64,000 bases of DNA from an uncultured Bacteroidales bacterium (GCA_947074105.1 CAMTON010000002.1:24003-88002); one strand, 5' to 3'. Numbered from the stretch's first letter, positions 52,734-62,779 are shown. The notes: generated from the letters alone by a model not told the origin. Program-made: numbers and translations.

Positions 52734-53927
52734 ATGAAAAAGCTTTTAAATATTGCTTTCACTATGCTTTTATGTGTTTCTGTATATGCACAGCAGGCAT
52801 TATGGGGAGGATCTCCTCTTGTTTCACCGGAGATTAATAAAGATAATACAGTAACTTTCCGTTTATATGCTCCTAATGCGCAGAAAGTAGAAGTTACGGG
52901 GGATTTTCTTCCGCAACAGAAGATAGAAACACCTTTCGGAACAATGGATGCACCGGGTGCTGCGGAAATGATAAAAGGAGACGATAATATATGGCAGTTT
53001 ACAACTCCTGTTCTTAATCCCGAACTTTATAATTATAATTTTATAGTCGACGGCCTGAAGATCACTGATCCGGCTAATGTTTATCAGATTCGTGATGTTT
53101 CTTCGATATGCAATATATTTATAATAGGCGGAGATCGCGCTGATCTTTATAAAGTAAATGATGTTCCTCACGGCTCGGTTACGCGCAGATGGTATGAAAG
53201 TCCATCAGTGGATATGAAGCGCAGACTGACTGTATATACTCCTCCGGGTTATGAGGAAGGAAATGAAAAATATCCCGTTCTTTATCTTCTTCATGGTATG
53301 GGAGGAGATGAAGAAGCATGGATGGCTCTTGGACGAACTTCCCAGATTATGGATAACCTTATTGCTTCAGGAAAAGCAAAGCCGATGATTGTGGTTATGA
53401 CAAACGGAAATATATCGCAGGAAGCAGCACCGGGAGAGACTTCGGCAGGACTTAATCCTCCTTCTTTTATGCTTCCCAAGACTATGGACGGGACTTTTGA
53501 ATCTTCATTTCCTGATGTAGTGAACTTTGTGGAAAAGAATTACAGAGTGAAAAAGGAAAAGTCGGGAAGAGCGATAAGCGGACTTTCTATGGGTGGTTTT
53601 CATTCTATGCATATTTCAAAAGAATATCCTGATATGTTTGATTATGTAGGTTTGTTTTCCGCGGCTATTCTTCCGGCAGGAGATGTAAAATCGCCTGTTT
53701 ATGAGAATATTGACGAGAAACTTAAGGTGCAGTTTGGTAAGAATCCCAAACTTTACTGGATTGCTATAGGTAAAGATGATTTTCTTTATAATGCGAATAC
53801 GGAATTCAGAAAAAAACTTGATGATAACGGGTATAAATATATCTATTTTGAAAACGGGGAAGGACATATCTGGAAGAACTGGAGAATCTATCTTTCCGAT
53901 TTTGTGCCTATGCTTTTTCAGAACTAA
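52734..53927 (+). CDS. Secreted esterase (CE1/esterase-D-like, feruloyl/acetyl-xylan esterase type) with an N-terminal Ig-like (E-set) domain
   Basis: 397 aa. Signal peptide, VTFRLYAPNAQKVEVTGDF E-set block, YLLHGMGGDE, and nucleophile elbow GLSMGG. Confidence 0.8.
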   Translation: MKKLLNIAFTMLLCVSVYAQQALWGGSPLVSPEINKDNTVTFRLYAPNAQKVEVTGDFLPQQKIETPFGTMDAPGAAEMIKGDDNIWQFTTPVLNPELYNYNFIVDGLKITDPANVYQIRDVSSICNIFIIGGDRADLYKVNDVPHGSVTRRWYESPSVDMKRRLTVYTPPGYEEGNEKYPVLYLLHGMGGDEEAWMALGRTSQIMDNLIASGKAKPMIVVMTNGNISQEAAPGETSAGLNPPSFMLPKTMDGTFESSFPDVVNFVEKNYRVKKEKSGRAISGLSMGGFHSMHISKEYPDMFDYVGLFSAAILPAGDVKSPVYENIDEKLKVQFGKNPKLYWIAIGKDDFLYNANTEFRKKLDDNGYKYIYFENGEGHIWKNWRIYLSDFVPMLFQN

Positions 53928-54048
53928 TCACAAGCAACACAATATTTTATAATAATTATCGAGCCATATATGATCTTTTTTGTTAGATAGATAACGATAG
54001 AAAAGAGTCATATATGGCTCGTTTTTTCATTAAAGAATAAATATCTCT

Positions 54049-55041
54049 ATGAAAACCTATAAAGCTTATGTTGTTTCCGAAAATCCTGACGGAGGTTATG
54101 AAGGAAAAATAATTGAAAGAGAATTGCAGCCTGTTCAAGAAGGAGAGGTAAGAATTAAAGTCCTTTTTTCTTCACTTAATTATAAAGATGTATTATCAGC
54201 GAGTGGAAATAAAGGAGTTACGAAAGCTTATCCTCATGTTCCGGGAATTGATGCTGCAGGAATTGTGGAGGAATCATCTTCAGACAGATTTAAACCCGGG
54301 GATGAAGTTATTGTGACCGGTTATGACCTGGGTATGAATACCGACGGAGGCTTTCAGCAGTATATCACTGTACCGGATAAATGGGGTGTAAGAATGCCTG
54401 AAGGTCTGGATTCTCGTAAAGCAATGTGTTACGGGACGGCGGGATTTACGGCAGCGCAGTGTGTAGAAAAGATTACCTCCGTTATTGACACCGGTGACGG
54501 TCCTGTGCTTGTGAGCGGCTCAACAGGAGGTGTAGGTTCTTTTTCTACAGCTATTCTTTCGAAGCTGGGATATCTTGTGATATGTATAACAGGAAAACCT
54601 GAAGATTCCTCATATCTGAAATCACTTGGTGCTTTCCGTATTGATGAGCGTAAGAAATGGGATCAACCGACAAAAGAATCATTAATGAAAGGGGAGATTG
54701 CAGGCGGAATAGATGTTGTCGGCGGTCATACACTTGAAAATATGCTTAAATCCGTAAAATTGCATGGAGCAGTTTCCTGCTGCGGCATGATCAGTTCTCC
54801 TGATATAGACCTGACTGTATTCCCTTTTATATTAAGAGGAATATCTCTTTTTGGAGTAAGTTCTCAGAATACTCTTATGTTTGAAAGACTGTCACTATGG
54901 AAGAAAATTGCAGGGGAATATAATGTCCCTGATCTGGCTTCAATGGTTAAAGAAATAGGACTTGCAGATGTGCCGGAATATATTTCTCTTATGCAGAAAG
55001 GGAAGGTGACAGGAAGGGTTATTATCAATTTGCAGAAATAA
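54049..55041 (+). CDS. YhdH/AcuI-type NADPH-dependent quinone/acrylyl-CoA reductase (MDR family)
   Basis: 330 aa. SSLNYKDVLSASGNKGVTKAYPHVPGIDAAG, GGFQQY and SGSTGGVGS blocks. Confidence 0.8.
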   Translation: MKTYKAYVVSENPDGGYEGKIIERELQPVQEGEVRIKVLFSSLNYKDVLSASGNKGVTKAYPHVPGIDAAGIVEESSSDRFKPGDEVIVTGYDLGMNTDGGFQQYITVPDKWGVRMPEGLDSRKAMCYGTAGFTAAQCVEKITSVIDTGDGPVLVSGSTGGVGSFSTAILSKLGYLVICITGKPEDSSYLKSLGAFRIDERKKWDQPTKESLMKGEIAGGIDVVGGHTLENMLKSVKLHGAVSCCGMISSPDIDLTVFPFILRGISLFGVSSQNTLMFERLSLWKKIAGEYNVPDLASMVKEIGLADVPEYISLMQKGKVTGRVIINLQK

Positions 55042-55107
55042 ATTATATCTTCAATTTGACAACTTTTCTCTGTGATTAATATATATATTCCCCGGAATCT
55101 TTATTAC

Positions 55108-55160
55108 ACAAAAAAACTCAGGATAAGACTTTTACTTATCTTATCCTGAGTTTTTATGTG
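55108..55160. terminator. Bidirectional terminator between the yhdH-like and lysE-like genes
   Basis: ACACAAAAAAACTCAGGATAAG ... CTTATCCTGAGTTTTTATGTGT, an extended inverted repeat with A/T tracts. Confidence 0.75.
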
Positions 55161-55228
55161 TAAAATTATTTTTTATCTGAAGCTATATTTAATCCGTAAT
55201 GAAGAGTTTTTATCTGATATATAGATAA

Positions 55229-55861
55229 TTATCTTTTATCTAAAGCAACTTTCAGCCCCATAAGTATAAAAACTATTCCGGAGAATCTGTCCATCCATTT
55301 ACTGAATGAGACATTGCGAGTAAGTTTTTCGGAAAATGCTGAGCTGAAAAAAGTTAGTGTACCAAGCCAAAGCACACCAAGTAAAGCATAGGTGCTTCCA
55401 AGAATAATAAAAGGCATCGGACTGTTTATTGATTCCGGACGTATAAACTGAGGAAAGAAAGCAAGAAAAAACAATGCCACTTTCGGATTCAGTATATTTG
55501 TCATTGTGCCAGATAAATAAGTTTTTCCTGCACTTTCGGCTATCTGATCTTTAGTATCGGCCTTTAAAGAACTCTTTCCTGATCTTAACTTCATTATTCC
55601 AAGATAAATAAGGTAAGCTGCTCCGATATATTTTATTATGGTGAATGCCATTGCAGATTTTGCAATGATAATCGATAGTCCTAATGCAGCAAAAAGAGTA
55701 TGGACAAGTATCCCTGTGTTAATTCCTAAAGTAGCATAGAAACCTGTTTTTCTTCCCTGCGAAATAGATTTATTTAAAACAAATATCGTATCAATTCCCG
55801 GAGTCAATATAAAAAAAACCGCACTTATTATAAATGCAGCAAAATTATCTATACCAAACAT
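55229..55861 (-). CDS. LysE/RhtB-family amino-acid exporter
   Basis: 210 aa, six TM helices. PGIDTIFVL and NILNPKVALFFLAFFPQF blocks. Confidence 0.85.
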   Translation of the reverse strand: MFGIDNFAAFIISAVFFILTPGIDTIFVLNKSISQGRKTGFYATLGINTGILVHTLFAALGLSIIIAKSAMAFTIIKYIGAAYLIYLGIMKLRSGKSSLKADTKDQIAESAGKTYLSGTMTNILNPKVALFFLAFFPQFIRPESINSPMPFIILGSTYALLGVLWLGTLTFFSSAFSEKLTRNVSFSKWMDRFSGIVFILMGLKVALDKR

Positions 55862-56163
55862 ATAATATGGATTTTTGATTTAAAGGAAATTTTAAATAGT
55901 AATGAAGCATTCAGCTTAGACCAATTCCAGACCAATTCACAACCTGATAATTGTTTCTGAAAATGAAATACAAAATTAATTGATATAATAGCATTCTTAA
56001 ATTAAAATAATATAAAGAAATTCAATTAGTTATATCGTGATTTATTTTATGAAGGCAAAAATACTTCATGTCAATTTGTATTAATATATATAATTTAAAT
56101 TAATATTCAGAACTCTTATTGCCTATGTCTGTTTGGCTTATATATTAATCAAATTATAATATT

Positions 56164-57792
56164 ATGACAAAAAAGGCAATTCAGAAAAGCGAAATCAAAG
56201 AATATGTAGTAAATGATTATGTAAAAGCATATTCTCAGTTTATAGATAATTGCTGGACATACAGTGTATTTTCTCAGGATCCGAATGATGATATTTTTAC
56301 AAAGGAATTTAATGCAGGATTTGTACAAGCAAAGATTCAGGGGATAAAGGCTATTAAAGCCGCTCGTGATAATACATGGAGAAATCTTCTTATTTGCGGG
56401 ACACCTCAGGATAATATATCAATAGATATTCCTGACGGTGCATTAGAAACTGCTGCACAAAGCTTATGCAATAATTATAAATATCTTTATAAATGGCTTC
56501 AGGATAATGAAGGATTACGTATAGCAACAAATATTCGCCGTCTTCTTTTCAGAATGGCAGGTATTTATGCCGGAGTTAAATATGATAAACCTTCAAAGAT
56601 TACGTTCGATATGCTTGATATTAACAGGATCGATCCGATGGAGCTTAAACTTGGAGGATATGATGTTCAGGATCTTACTTTTATGGATATATATCTGATT
56701 AATGCTCAATGTGATTTGTTTGATGTTATTGCAGATAAGATTAATATGAGTTATGGTGAAGCAAGTGCCGCTAATCCTAAAACTATTGAGAAAAAACCGG
56801 AATCATGTTCTGCTTATGTCAAATATATGGATGACGGAGAGATTTTCCTTACTCATGTTACATGGAGCGGTTTCTATACCCAGACATGTGTTGTCAATTA
56901 TGTGATAGGAGATGATTTTATCTCTCAGAACGCTTATGCGCAGGGCCAGTTCGGAAGTAATCAGGATTTCGGATTTAATAAGAACGGAATTATTTTTAAT
57001 GAAACAACACATGCTCATTTATATAACGAGTCAAAAGAACTTGGAATATGGATTACATGGCGTTCGGCAGCTGCGGAAATGTTTGCAACTTCGATAGAAG
57101 ATTTCTATGATCATATATCCATAGACAATACCGGAACTTATCTTAACGGATATATGCTTGTTGATGTAAACAAAGGTCTTACAGGTCTTGTTGAAATGAG
57201 TTATAAACGTTTTGTTCTGTTTATTTCTGACGGAAAAACACTTAAAGTTACCGATTCTACCGGGCAGCCTGCAAAAGTTCGTGATTATGATCCTCATCTT
57301 ATTACTCCTACACATATTTTCGGAATAAATTATCCGATATCCCGCTGGGTAACATATGATCTTGAAACTATAGATACCCGTCCGATGAGAAGAGTACAAT
57401 TCTATCAGAATATAGATAAAGTACAATGTATTGAAACTGCTAAAGAACTTATTACTTATACGGATCCTAATGAGCCACTTTCTATATACGGAAGATGGGA
57501 TTTAGGTTACGGAGCCACAGAGTTTTGCAAGATGCGTCCTGACGGTTCGGTTGATGCTAAAGCAGTTTCTGCTTCTATGGTTAAAGATATCCTTAAGAAT
57601 CTGAAATATACACCGGATTTAGCAAGTGATAAAACATCTTTCTGGATGAAATTCGGTACTACTCCGATTCATGGACGTCCTTTCAAATGGTCAGAATCAA
57701 TGTTTAAAGATTTTAAAGGATCAATGGAAGATGATTTTGTTCCGGATTCTCTTGACGGAGGATGGAATCTGATGAAGTTATTTATGGATTAA
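56164..57792 (+). CDS. Phospholipase-B-like (PLBD/LAMA-like) Ntn-hydrolase-family protein
   Basis: 542 aa. ESCSAYVKYMDDGEIFLTHVTWSGFY resembles the HCSALIK...LLVAHNTW autoprocessing site of PLBD proteins. Further blocks: IIFNETT, NTGTYLNGYMLVD, GRWDL, DGSVDAKAVS. No signal peptide is seen. Confidence 0.65.
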   Translation: MTKKAIQKSEIKEYVVNDYVKAYSQFIDNCWTYSVFSQDPNDDIFTKEFNAGFVQAKIQGIKAIKAARDNTWRNLLICGTPQDNISIDIPDGALETAAQSLCNNYKYLYKWLQDNEGLRIATNIRRLLFRMAGIYAGVKYDKPSKITFDMLDINRIDPMELKLGGYDVQDLTFMDIYLINAQCDLFDVIADKINMSYGEASAANPKTIEKKPESCSAYVKYMDDGEIFLTHVTWSGFYTQTCVVNYVIGDDFISQNAYAQGQFGSNQDFGFNKNGIIFNETTHAHLYNESKELGIWITWRSAAAEMFATSIEDFYDHISIDNTGTYLNGYMLVDVNKGLTGLVEMSYKRFVLFISDGKTLKVTDSTGQPAKVRDYDPHLITPTHIFGINYPISRWVTYDLETIDTRPMRRVQFYQNIDKVQCIETAKELITYTDPNEPLSIYGRWDLGYGATEFCKMRPDGSVDAKAVSASMVKDILKNLKYTPDLASDKTSFWMKFGTTPIHGRPFKWSESMFKDFKGSMEDDFVPDSLDGGWNLMKLFMD

Positions 57793-57875
57793 ATATAAAA
57801 ACAGACTTCGTATTCTCCTGACGGAGGATGGAATTTGATGAAATTATTTATGGATTAAATAAAGAACAGATTTCA
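57746..57875 (+). repeat. Tandem duplication (about 65 nt x 2) of the 3' end of the PLB-like gene
   Basis: ATTCTCTTGACGGAGGATGGAATCTGATGAAGTTATTTATGGATTAAATA (57746-57795) recurs as ATTCTCCTGACGGAGGATGGAATTTGATGAAATTATTTATGGATTAAATA (57811-57860) with 3 mismatches. Similarity continues another 15 nt or so. Confidence 0.9.
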
Positions 57876-57887
57876 CATATCAAACAT

Positions 57888-57938
57888 AAAAATGACAGAG
57901 CCTGATTTTGATTTACAAATCAGGCTCTGTCATTTTTT
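57888..57938. terminator. Bidirectional terminator between the PLB-like and BtuF-like genes
   Basis: AAAAATGACAGAGCCTGATTT / AAATCAGGCTCTGTCATTTTT, a 21-nt perfect inverted repeat. Confidence 0.85.
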
Positions 57939-57969
57939 ATATATTCCGCAAATAGGAAAGAAATGTATT

Positions 57970-59118
57970 TTAATCCTCCAGAGAAAAAAAGAAACGCTGT
58001 GAATCCGAAGAAAATAATTCAGGATGTTTATCCGCTATATCCGGATGAAATACTCTTACAAGATCTTTCAGAATAATATGAGGCTGCATAGGAATAGTTT
58101 CATAATATGGAGAAACAGAAGTATTACAACCAAAAATCCGTTTATCCTCCCATGCTTTGAATTTAGAATATATAAGAGATTCTCCTTTGAGTCCGTTATA
58201 AGTCAGGGGAGAAGCATTATAATATTTTATAAGCCATATATCCGCATCATAAGCTCTTTCAAGCACCTCTTCTGCGGCAAGAGCTATAGAGCCGGAAGAG
58301 GAATTATCATTTATTGCCAGTTCCGCGCCTGCATCTTTATACAGAGCAGCGGCAAAACTGTTGTTTCCCGGCATATACCATACATTATTATATTTAGTCT
58401 CTGTAAGAAGGCGTGGTTTAAAACTTGATTGAGAAGCAAGATATTTAAGATCATTATATGACTTCTCTATTTCGGAAAAGACAGAATCTGCTTTTTCCAA
58501 TTCATTAAAAAACAAAGCCTGAAGACGAATCCATTCCGAACAGCCAAGCGGAGTCGGCTCCATATATTCTGCACACTGAAACAAAGGAATTCCTGTTTTT
58601 GCAAGTCTGGCATAAGAATTATTCTGAAAGGCAGGCACAAGAATAAGTTCTGGTGATAGTTCTATAATCTTCTCTATATCAGGAGATGAAGCCATTCCCA
58701 GATTTTCAATTTCTCCTTTTTTCAGACCCTCAACAACATGAGGAAGAGTTATATATTGCGGTTCACATACACCGCTTATTGTTTTCTCTACATTTAAATA
58801 AGAAAGAAGATTGCATTGGGGAGAATTGAATGCAACTGTTTTTTCAACCGGAATCCGCACTATTACTCCTTTAGGCAGATCTTTCGGTAATTCTTTTGAT
58901 TTATCCACGAGAACGATACTTTGTAATATTTTGGTTGTATCCCACGGATCTCTTGTTCTGATATGAGTATAATTATCGGTAATATTTACCGTAAATCCTT
59001 TTGCATATCTCAAAGGAAAATTGTCGGTTGCCGTTTCATTATTATTTGATCCGGAACATCCTGTAAATAGAAATAAAATAAATATCGGTATATATATCAA
59101 TATACTATATTTCTTCAT
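57970..59118 (-). CDS. Lipoprotein, periplasmic-binding-protein type (BtuF-like cobalamin/siderophore ABC substrate-binding protein)
   Basis: 382 aa. Lipobox LFTGC. Two-lobe PBP-like pattern (KTVAFNSPQCNLL...PELILVPAF...ADIWLI). Last gene of the cobalamin-riboswitch operon. Confidence 0.6.
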   Translation of the reverse strand: MKKYSILIYIPIFILFLFTGCSGSNNNETATDNFPLRYAKGFTVNITDNYTHIRTRDPWDTTKILQSIVLVDKSKELPKDLPKGVIVRIPVEKTVAFNSPQCNLLSYLNVEKTISGVCEPQYITLPHVVEGLKKGEIENLGMASSPDIEKIIELSPELILVPAFQNNSYARLAKTGIPLFQCAEYMEPTPLGCSEWIRLQALFFNELEKADSVFSEIEKSYNDLKYLASQSSFKPRLLTETKYNNVWYMPGNNSFAAALYKDAGAELAINDNSSSGSIALAAEEVLERAYDADIWLIKYYNASPLTYNGLKGESLIYSKFKAWEDKRIFGCNTSVSPYYETIPMQPHIILKDLVRVFHPDIADKHPELFSSDSQRFFFSLED

Positions 59119-59221
59119 AAAAATGATTCATTTAAATCAGAGGCATGATACGCTGCACTTATTTTATTCGGCAGAATGCGGCAGCAATATCACACCTCGT
59201 CATATTTATTTAGATAAGATT

Positions 59222-60319
59222 TTAATATGCAAATGCAACTTTAGCAGGAGAATAACCTACCTTATAAGTTGTCTGGATTTTGAAAAGAGAGCTGTAAACA
59301 TAGATTTCGCCAAGAGAACCATAAGTACTTTTAGAAATATAGATATTTCCGAAAGCAGGATCAACATCAATAGAGTTTGGATCAGTAAGCTCGGCAGAAG
59401 AAATGAAGTTTTCATTAGTTACCGCATTTTTGCTCAAATCATATGTTTTATAAGAAAGACTGTTTGCAACATAGTAATCATTATAAATGATATACATAAG
59501 ATCATATCTTGAAGCAATTTTAGATGCCGTTGTAAGATTTGTTGTCTGATAAGTCTTTGAGTCAATCTTTACAAGAGTAGAATATAAAGGCTCTATTCCG
59601 TTTTCGGGATCATTCTGTCCGAAATTTCCGCAACAAACTATATAAACGTTTCCGTCTGCTGCCGTAAGTGACTGATCATAAGGATTAAGATGAACTCCTA
59701 TAGTTCTTATATTTTCAAAAGTGGCAAGATCAACGACAGAAACACTATTTTTCTCATTCTGAGCAAGATAATGATTAGAATTGTTTACAAAAAGTTTTCC
59801 TTCAGCTACGGTAAGAGCTTCCGGGAAATCGCCTACTTTAACCTTATTGCCAAGTTCATAAGCGACAGTATCCATTGAGTGAACATAACCGTCATAAGCA
59901 GTAAAATAAAGATTACCTCTGTAAGACGTGATATATCTAGGAGAAACAGGCTTACCTGACTCATCTGTAAGATTGATCTCTTTTACAAGCTTTCCGCTTC
60001 TTTCAAGAACCATAACTTTAGATGATTCTGAAACCGTACAATATAATTTTGTACCGTAAACGCAGATATCCTGAAACAGGTCACCGATCATTCTGTCGTT
60101 TTCCTTATAAAAGATATCCTCTGAAACTCTTTTATTGATCAGATCAATAAATTGAAGAGAACCGTTATTCTCACCCCAGTTTCCCTGACTCACAACATAA
60201 GCTCCTTCAGTAGATATTTCAACAGAAGTATCGCCGATTTTTACTTCATCTTTTTCACACGATGCGAATGTTGCGGCAATTGCTGCCAGTGACATAACTT
60301 TAAAAAGTTTCTGATTCAT
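59222..60319 (-). CDS. Surface lipoprotein with a seven-bladed YncE-like beta-propeller (BtuG-like)
   Basis: 365 aa. Lipobox FASC. Seven repeats of the G-x-hydrophobic...S-x-V-x-V-hydrophobic-D type (GAYVVSQG..., GTKLYCTV..., GNLYFTAY..., GKLFVNN..., GNVYIVCC..., LMYIIYN..., GNIYISKS...). Immediately downstream of btuB. Confidence 0.5.
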   Translation of the reverse strand: MNQKLFKVMSLAAIAATFASCEKDEVKIGDTSVEISTEGAYVVSQGNWGENNGSLQFIDLINKRVSEDIFYKENDRMIGDLFQDICVYGTKLYCTVSESSKVMVLERSGKLVKEINLTDESGKPVSPRYITSYRGNLYFTAYDGYVHSMDTVAYELGNKVKVGDFPEALTVAEGKLFVNNSNHYLAQNEKNSVSVVDLATFENIRTIGVHLNPYDQSLTAADGNVYIVCCGNFGQNDPENGIEPLYSTLVKIDSKTYQTTNLTTASKIASRYDLMYIIYNDYYVANSLSYKTYDLSKNAVTNENFISSAELTDPNSIDVDPAFGNIYISKSTYGSLGEIYVYSSLFKIQTTYKVGYSPAKVAFAY

Positions 60320-60325
60320 GATTAT

Positions 60326-62437
60326 TTAGTATTTATATGTTATTGAAAATCTATAGTTTCTTCCCGGCATAGGATAGAAACGGATCACCTCATAATTTTT
60401 ATCCGAGAGATTTATGGCATCAGCACGTAGTAATAACGAATGACTGCCAATATTAATAGTCCGGTCAATCCACAATGAATGATCATAATATCCCGGTATT
60501 CTGTTCTGTGCTATATTCATATTAGAAGAATACCTGTGGGATGAAGCCACTAAAGAATACCCGAAATTTAATATCGGATTTTCTATTACTACCATCGCAT
60601 TGCCTGAATGCAGAGGAGTATAAGGTATCTGGTTGTCCCATAAATCTGAATTCCTGTCAGTTTTATCTCTTGCATCCATATAACTGTAAGCTCCCGTTAT
60701 ACCTATATTAATATGCTTTGTAATATTTATTCCTGTACTTACATTAAAATCCGCGCCACGTGTCTTTACCTTTGAAACGTTCATCATTTTCCAGATAAAA
60801 GAGGTAGGAAAAGCCACAATCTTATCATCCACCACATTATAATATATATCAGCTGTAAAATTCAGATATTCCATAAACTCAAAAGGCTGTCCGATCCATG
60901 TAATTCCTGCGTTTACCTGTTTTGATGTTTCCGGCTTCAGACTCGTATTTCCTACGACCTTGTAATACATATCATTAAATGTAGGAACTCTGAATATATC
61001 TTTATAAGATGCTCTTATACGAAGATTCGTGACATCAAACGGTTTATATGATATGGAAAAAGAGGGAGAAAGCCTTTTTCTGTCATCCGGCTGATTGCTG
61101 CTTTTCAGCTTTTCTTTGATAAAAGTATTAAGCAAAGTAGCCGTTATGGTTAATCTCCTGTCAGAATATTTTGCACTAAAAGCACTGAGCGAAGTATATC
61201 TTTCCGGATATACGTAATCCGGAATATTGGATTCAAGATAATTATAAACAATATCCTGCGACACAGAGAACGATAGAGCTTCCCATGGAGAATATAATGC
61301 CGATAAAGTAGCATATCCTTCATATTGTTCGAATCTGTTGTCCGTGGTGCTGTGTACCTGAACGTCGGTATATTTATTCCATGAATAATTTGCTTTAGCC
61401 GCAGACCTTAAGCTGAACTTCTCTGTTATCTCATTTTCATAATTAAGATGAACGAAATAATTTCTGTCACCAAGTCTTTCCGCGCTGTACGGATTATCAT
61501 ATATTATTCCTCCGGGAAGGCCTCTTTCACTGAAAAGAGCATATACCTTAGCGTTAAGAGTCTGTCTCTTACCGATATTTCCGTAAAGATTGATTTCTGA
61601 TTTGAGTGATTCTATATCACTGTTTGTCCTGGTTCCGTCAACAAGAGTATTTCCGTTTTTATAGGTGAAAGGATATTCTCCGTCAGATTTTATATAGTCG
61701 GCATAAACCGAATACATAAATCCCTGAGAAATACGCTGTGCAAACAGTACAGACGGATTATGAAGTTTATAAGATCCTCCGCGATATGACAGAGACATAT
61801 AAACAGGCTTTTCTTTTGAAAGTTCCGGACGCTTTGTCTCAATAAAAAGTACTGCTGCAGATGCATGGACTTTGGCCGGCTGAAATATATCGTCATTCTG
61901 ACCTATGCTCAGAGATAGCTGAGAAACATTATTAAGTGAGAAATTTGATAAATCTATTTGTCCTGACTGGCAATTGCTTATGGCAACACCATCATAACAG
62001 ACACCGGTATGTTCAGAACCCATACTGCGTACATTGATAGTCTTAAGACCGCCTATTCCTCCATAGTCCTTTACCATTGCACCAGAAAAGCGCTTAACGG
62101 CATCGCTTAGCGAAGGAGAGGAGATATTTGAAAGAAGTTCTTCACCGAGGATCTGCATAGGAGATCCGGAAGTCAGATTAGTCCTTTTTTTTGCTTTTAC
62201 GGTTACATTGTCAAGCACTCTCTCTTCTGCAATCTCAGTCAATGACAAAGTTTCTGTTGATTCTTTAACCGAAGATGAATAATTTGATTGTGAATCTGAA
62301 GAGGAAGCCACATAAGGAGCCTGCACATCATTCTCATCATATGCTTCTAAAGCATAAATCTGAGATGACGAACACAAAGCAAGAACCGAAATGATTCCAG
62401 TTCTAATTCCGTAATGATTATTTTTATGGTTGCTCAT
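60326..62437 (-). CDS. btuB: TonB-dependent outer-membrane receptor, cobalamin-type
   Basis: 703 aa with a signal peptide. Plug domain (DNVTVKA...GGLKTINVRSMGSEHTGVCYDGV), a 22-strand-size barrel and a terminal aromatic residue (ITYKY). Directly preceded by a cobalamin riboswitch. Confidence 0.85.
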   Translation of the reverse strand: MSNHKNNHYGIRTGIISVLALCSSSQIYALEAYDENDVQAPYVASSSDSQSNYSSSVKESTETLSLTEIAEERVLDNVTVKAKKRTNLTSGSPMQILGEELLSNISSPSLSDAVKRFSGAMVKDYGGIGGLKTINVRSMGSEHTGVCYDGVAISNCQSGQIDLSNFSLNNVSQLSLSIGQNDDIFQPAKVHASAAVLFIETKRPELSKEKPVYMSLSYRGGSYKLHNPSVLFAQRISQGFMYSVYADYIKSDGEYPFTYKNGNTLVDGTRTNSDIESLKSEINLYGNIGKRQTLNAKVYALFSERGLPGGIIYDNPYSAERLGDRNYFVHLNYENEITEKFSLRSAAKANYSWNKYTDVQVHSTTDNRFEQYEGYATLSALYSPWEALSFSVSQDIVYNYLESNIPDYVYPERYTSLSAFSAKYSDRRLTITATLLNTFIKEKLKSSNQPDDRKRLSPSFSISYKPFDVTNLRIRASYKDIFRVPTFNDMYYKVVGNTSLKPETSKQVNAGITWIGQPFEFMEYLNFTADIYYNVVDDKIVAFPTSFIWKMMNVSKVKTRGADFNVSTGINITKHINIGITGAYSYMDARDKTDRNSDLWDNQIPYTPLHSGNAMVVIENPILNFGYSLVASSHRYSSNMNIAQNRIPGYYDHSLWIDRTINIGSHSLLLRADAINLSDKNYEVIRFYPMPGRNYRFSITYKY

Positions 62438-62444
62438 ATAAAAT

Positions 62445-62675
62445 TATTCATCCTCTTTCCTCGAGAGGTGTTGAACGATCTGAATCAGCTATGGCAGGTC
62501 TTCTGACTTGTTTCGGATTATGGCAGCCTTCCCGGATACTATCCAGTGGCTAAAGGATTGCCTAATCGATATTTATGAAACTTACAGCTGCGGGACAGTT
62601 CCGGATTTTCACCGGATTCCCTTTTAAGATTAAGTCTGTATGAGACGATTAATCACCTTAGCGATGCCAAAGGTA
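62445..62675 (-). promoter_or_regulatory. Cobalamin (B12) riboswitch
   Basis: The minus strand reads AAAGGGAATCCGGTGAAAATCCGGAACTGTCCCGCAGCTGTAAG ... GCCACTGG ... CCGGGAAGGC ... AAGTCAGAAGACCTGCCA (B12 box). P1 is TGGCA/TGCCA (62665-62669 with about 62493-62497). A small hairpin CCTCT/AGAGG lies just before the btuB ATG. Confidence 0.85.
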
Positions 62676-62779
62676 TGATTTTTATTAAATTAAAAACAAC
62701 CTATATATCGATTTTTTTGAAAAATTTATCTCATGGATTTATATGGATATTTATAACACGAACCAATTATATCTTTTGC

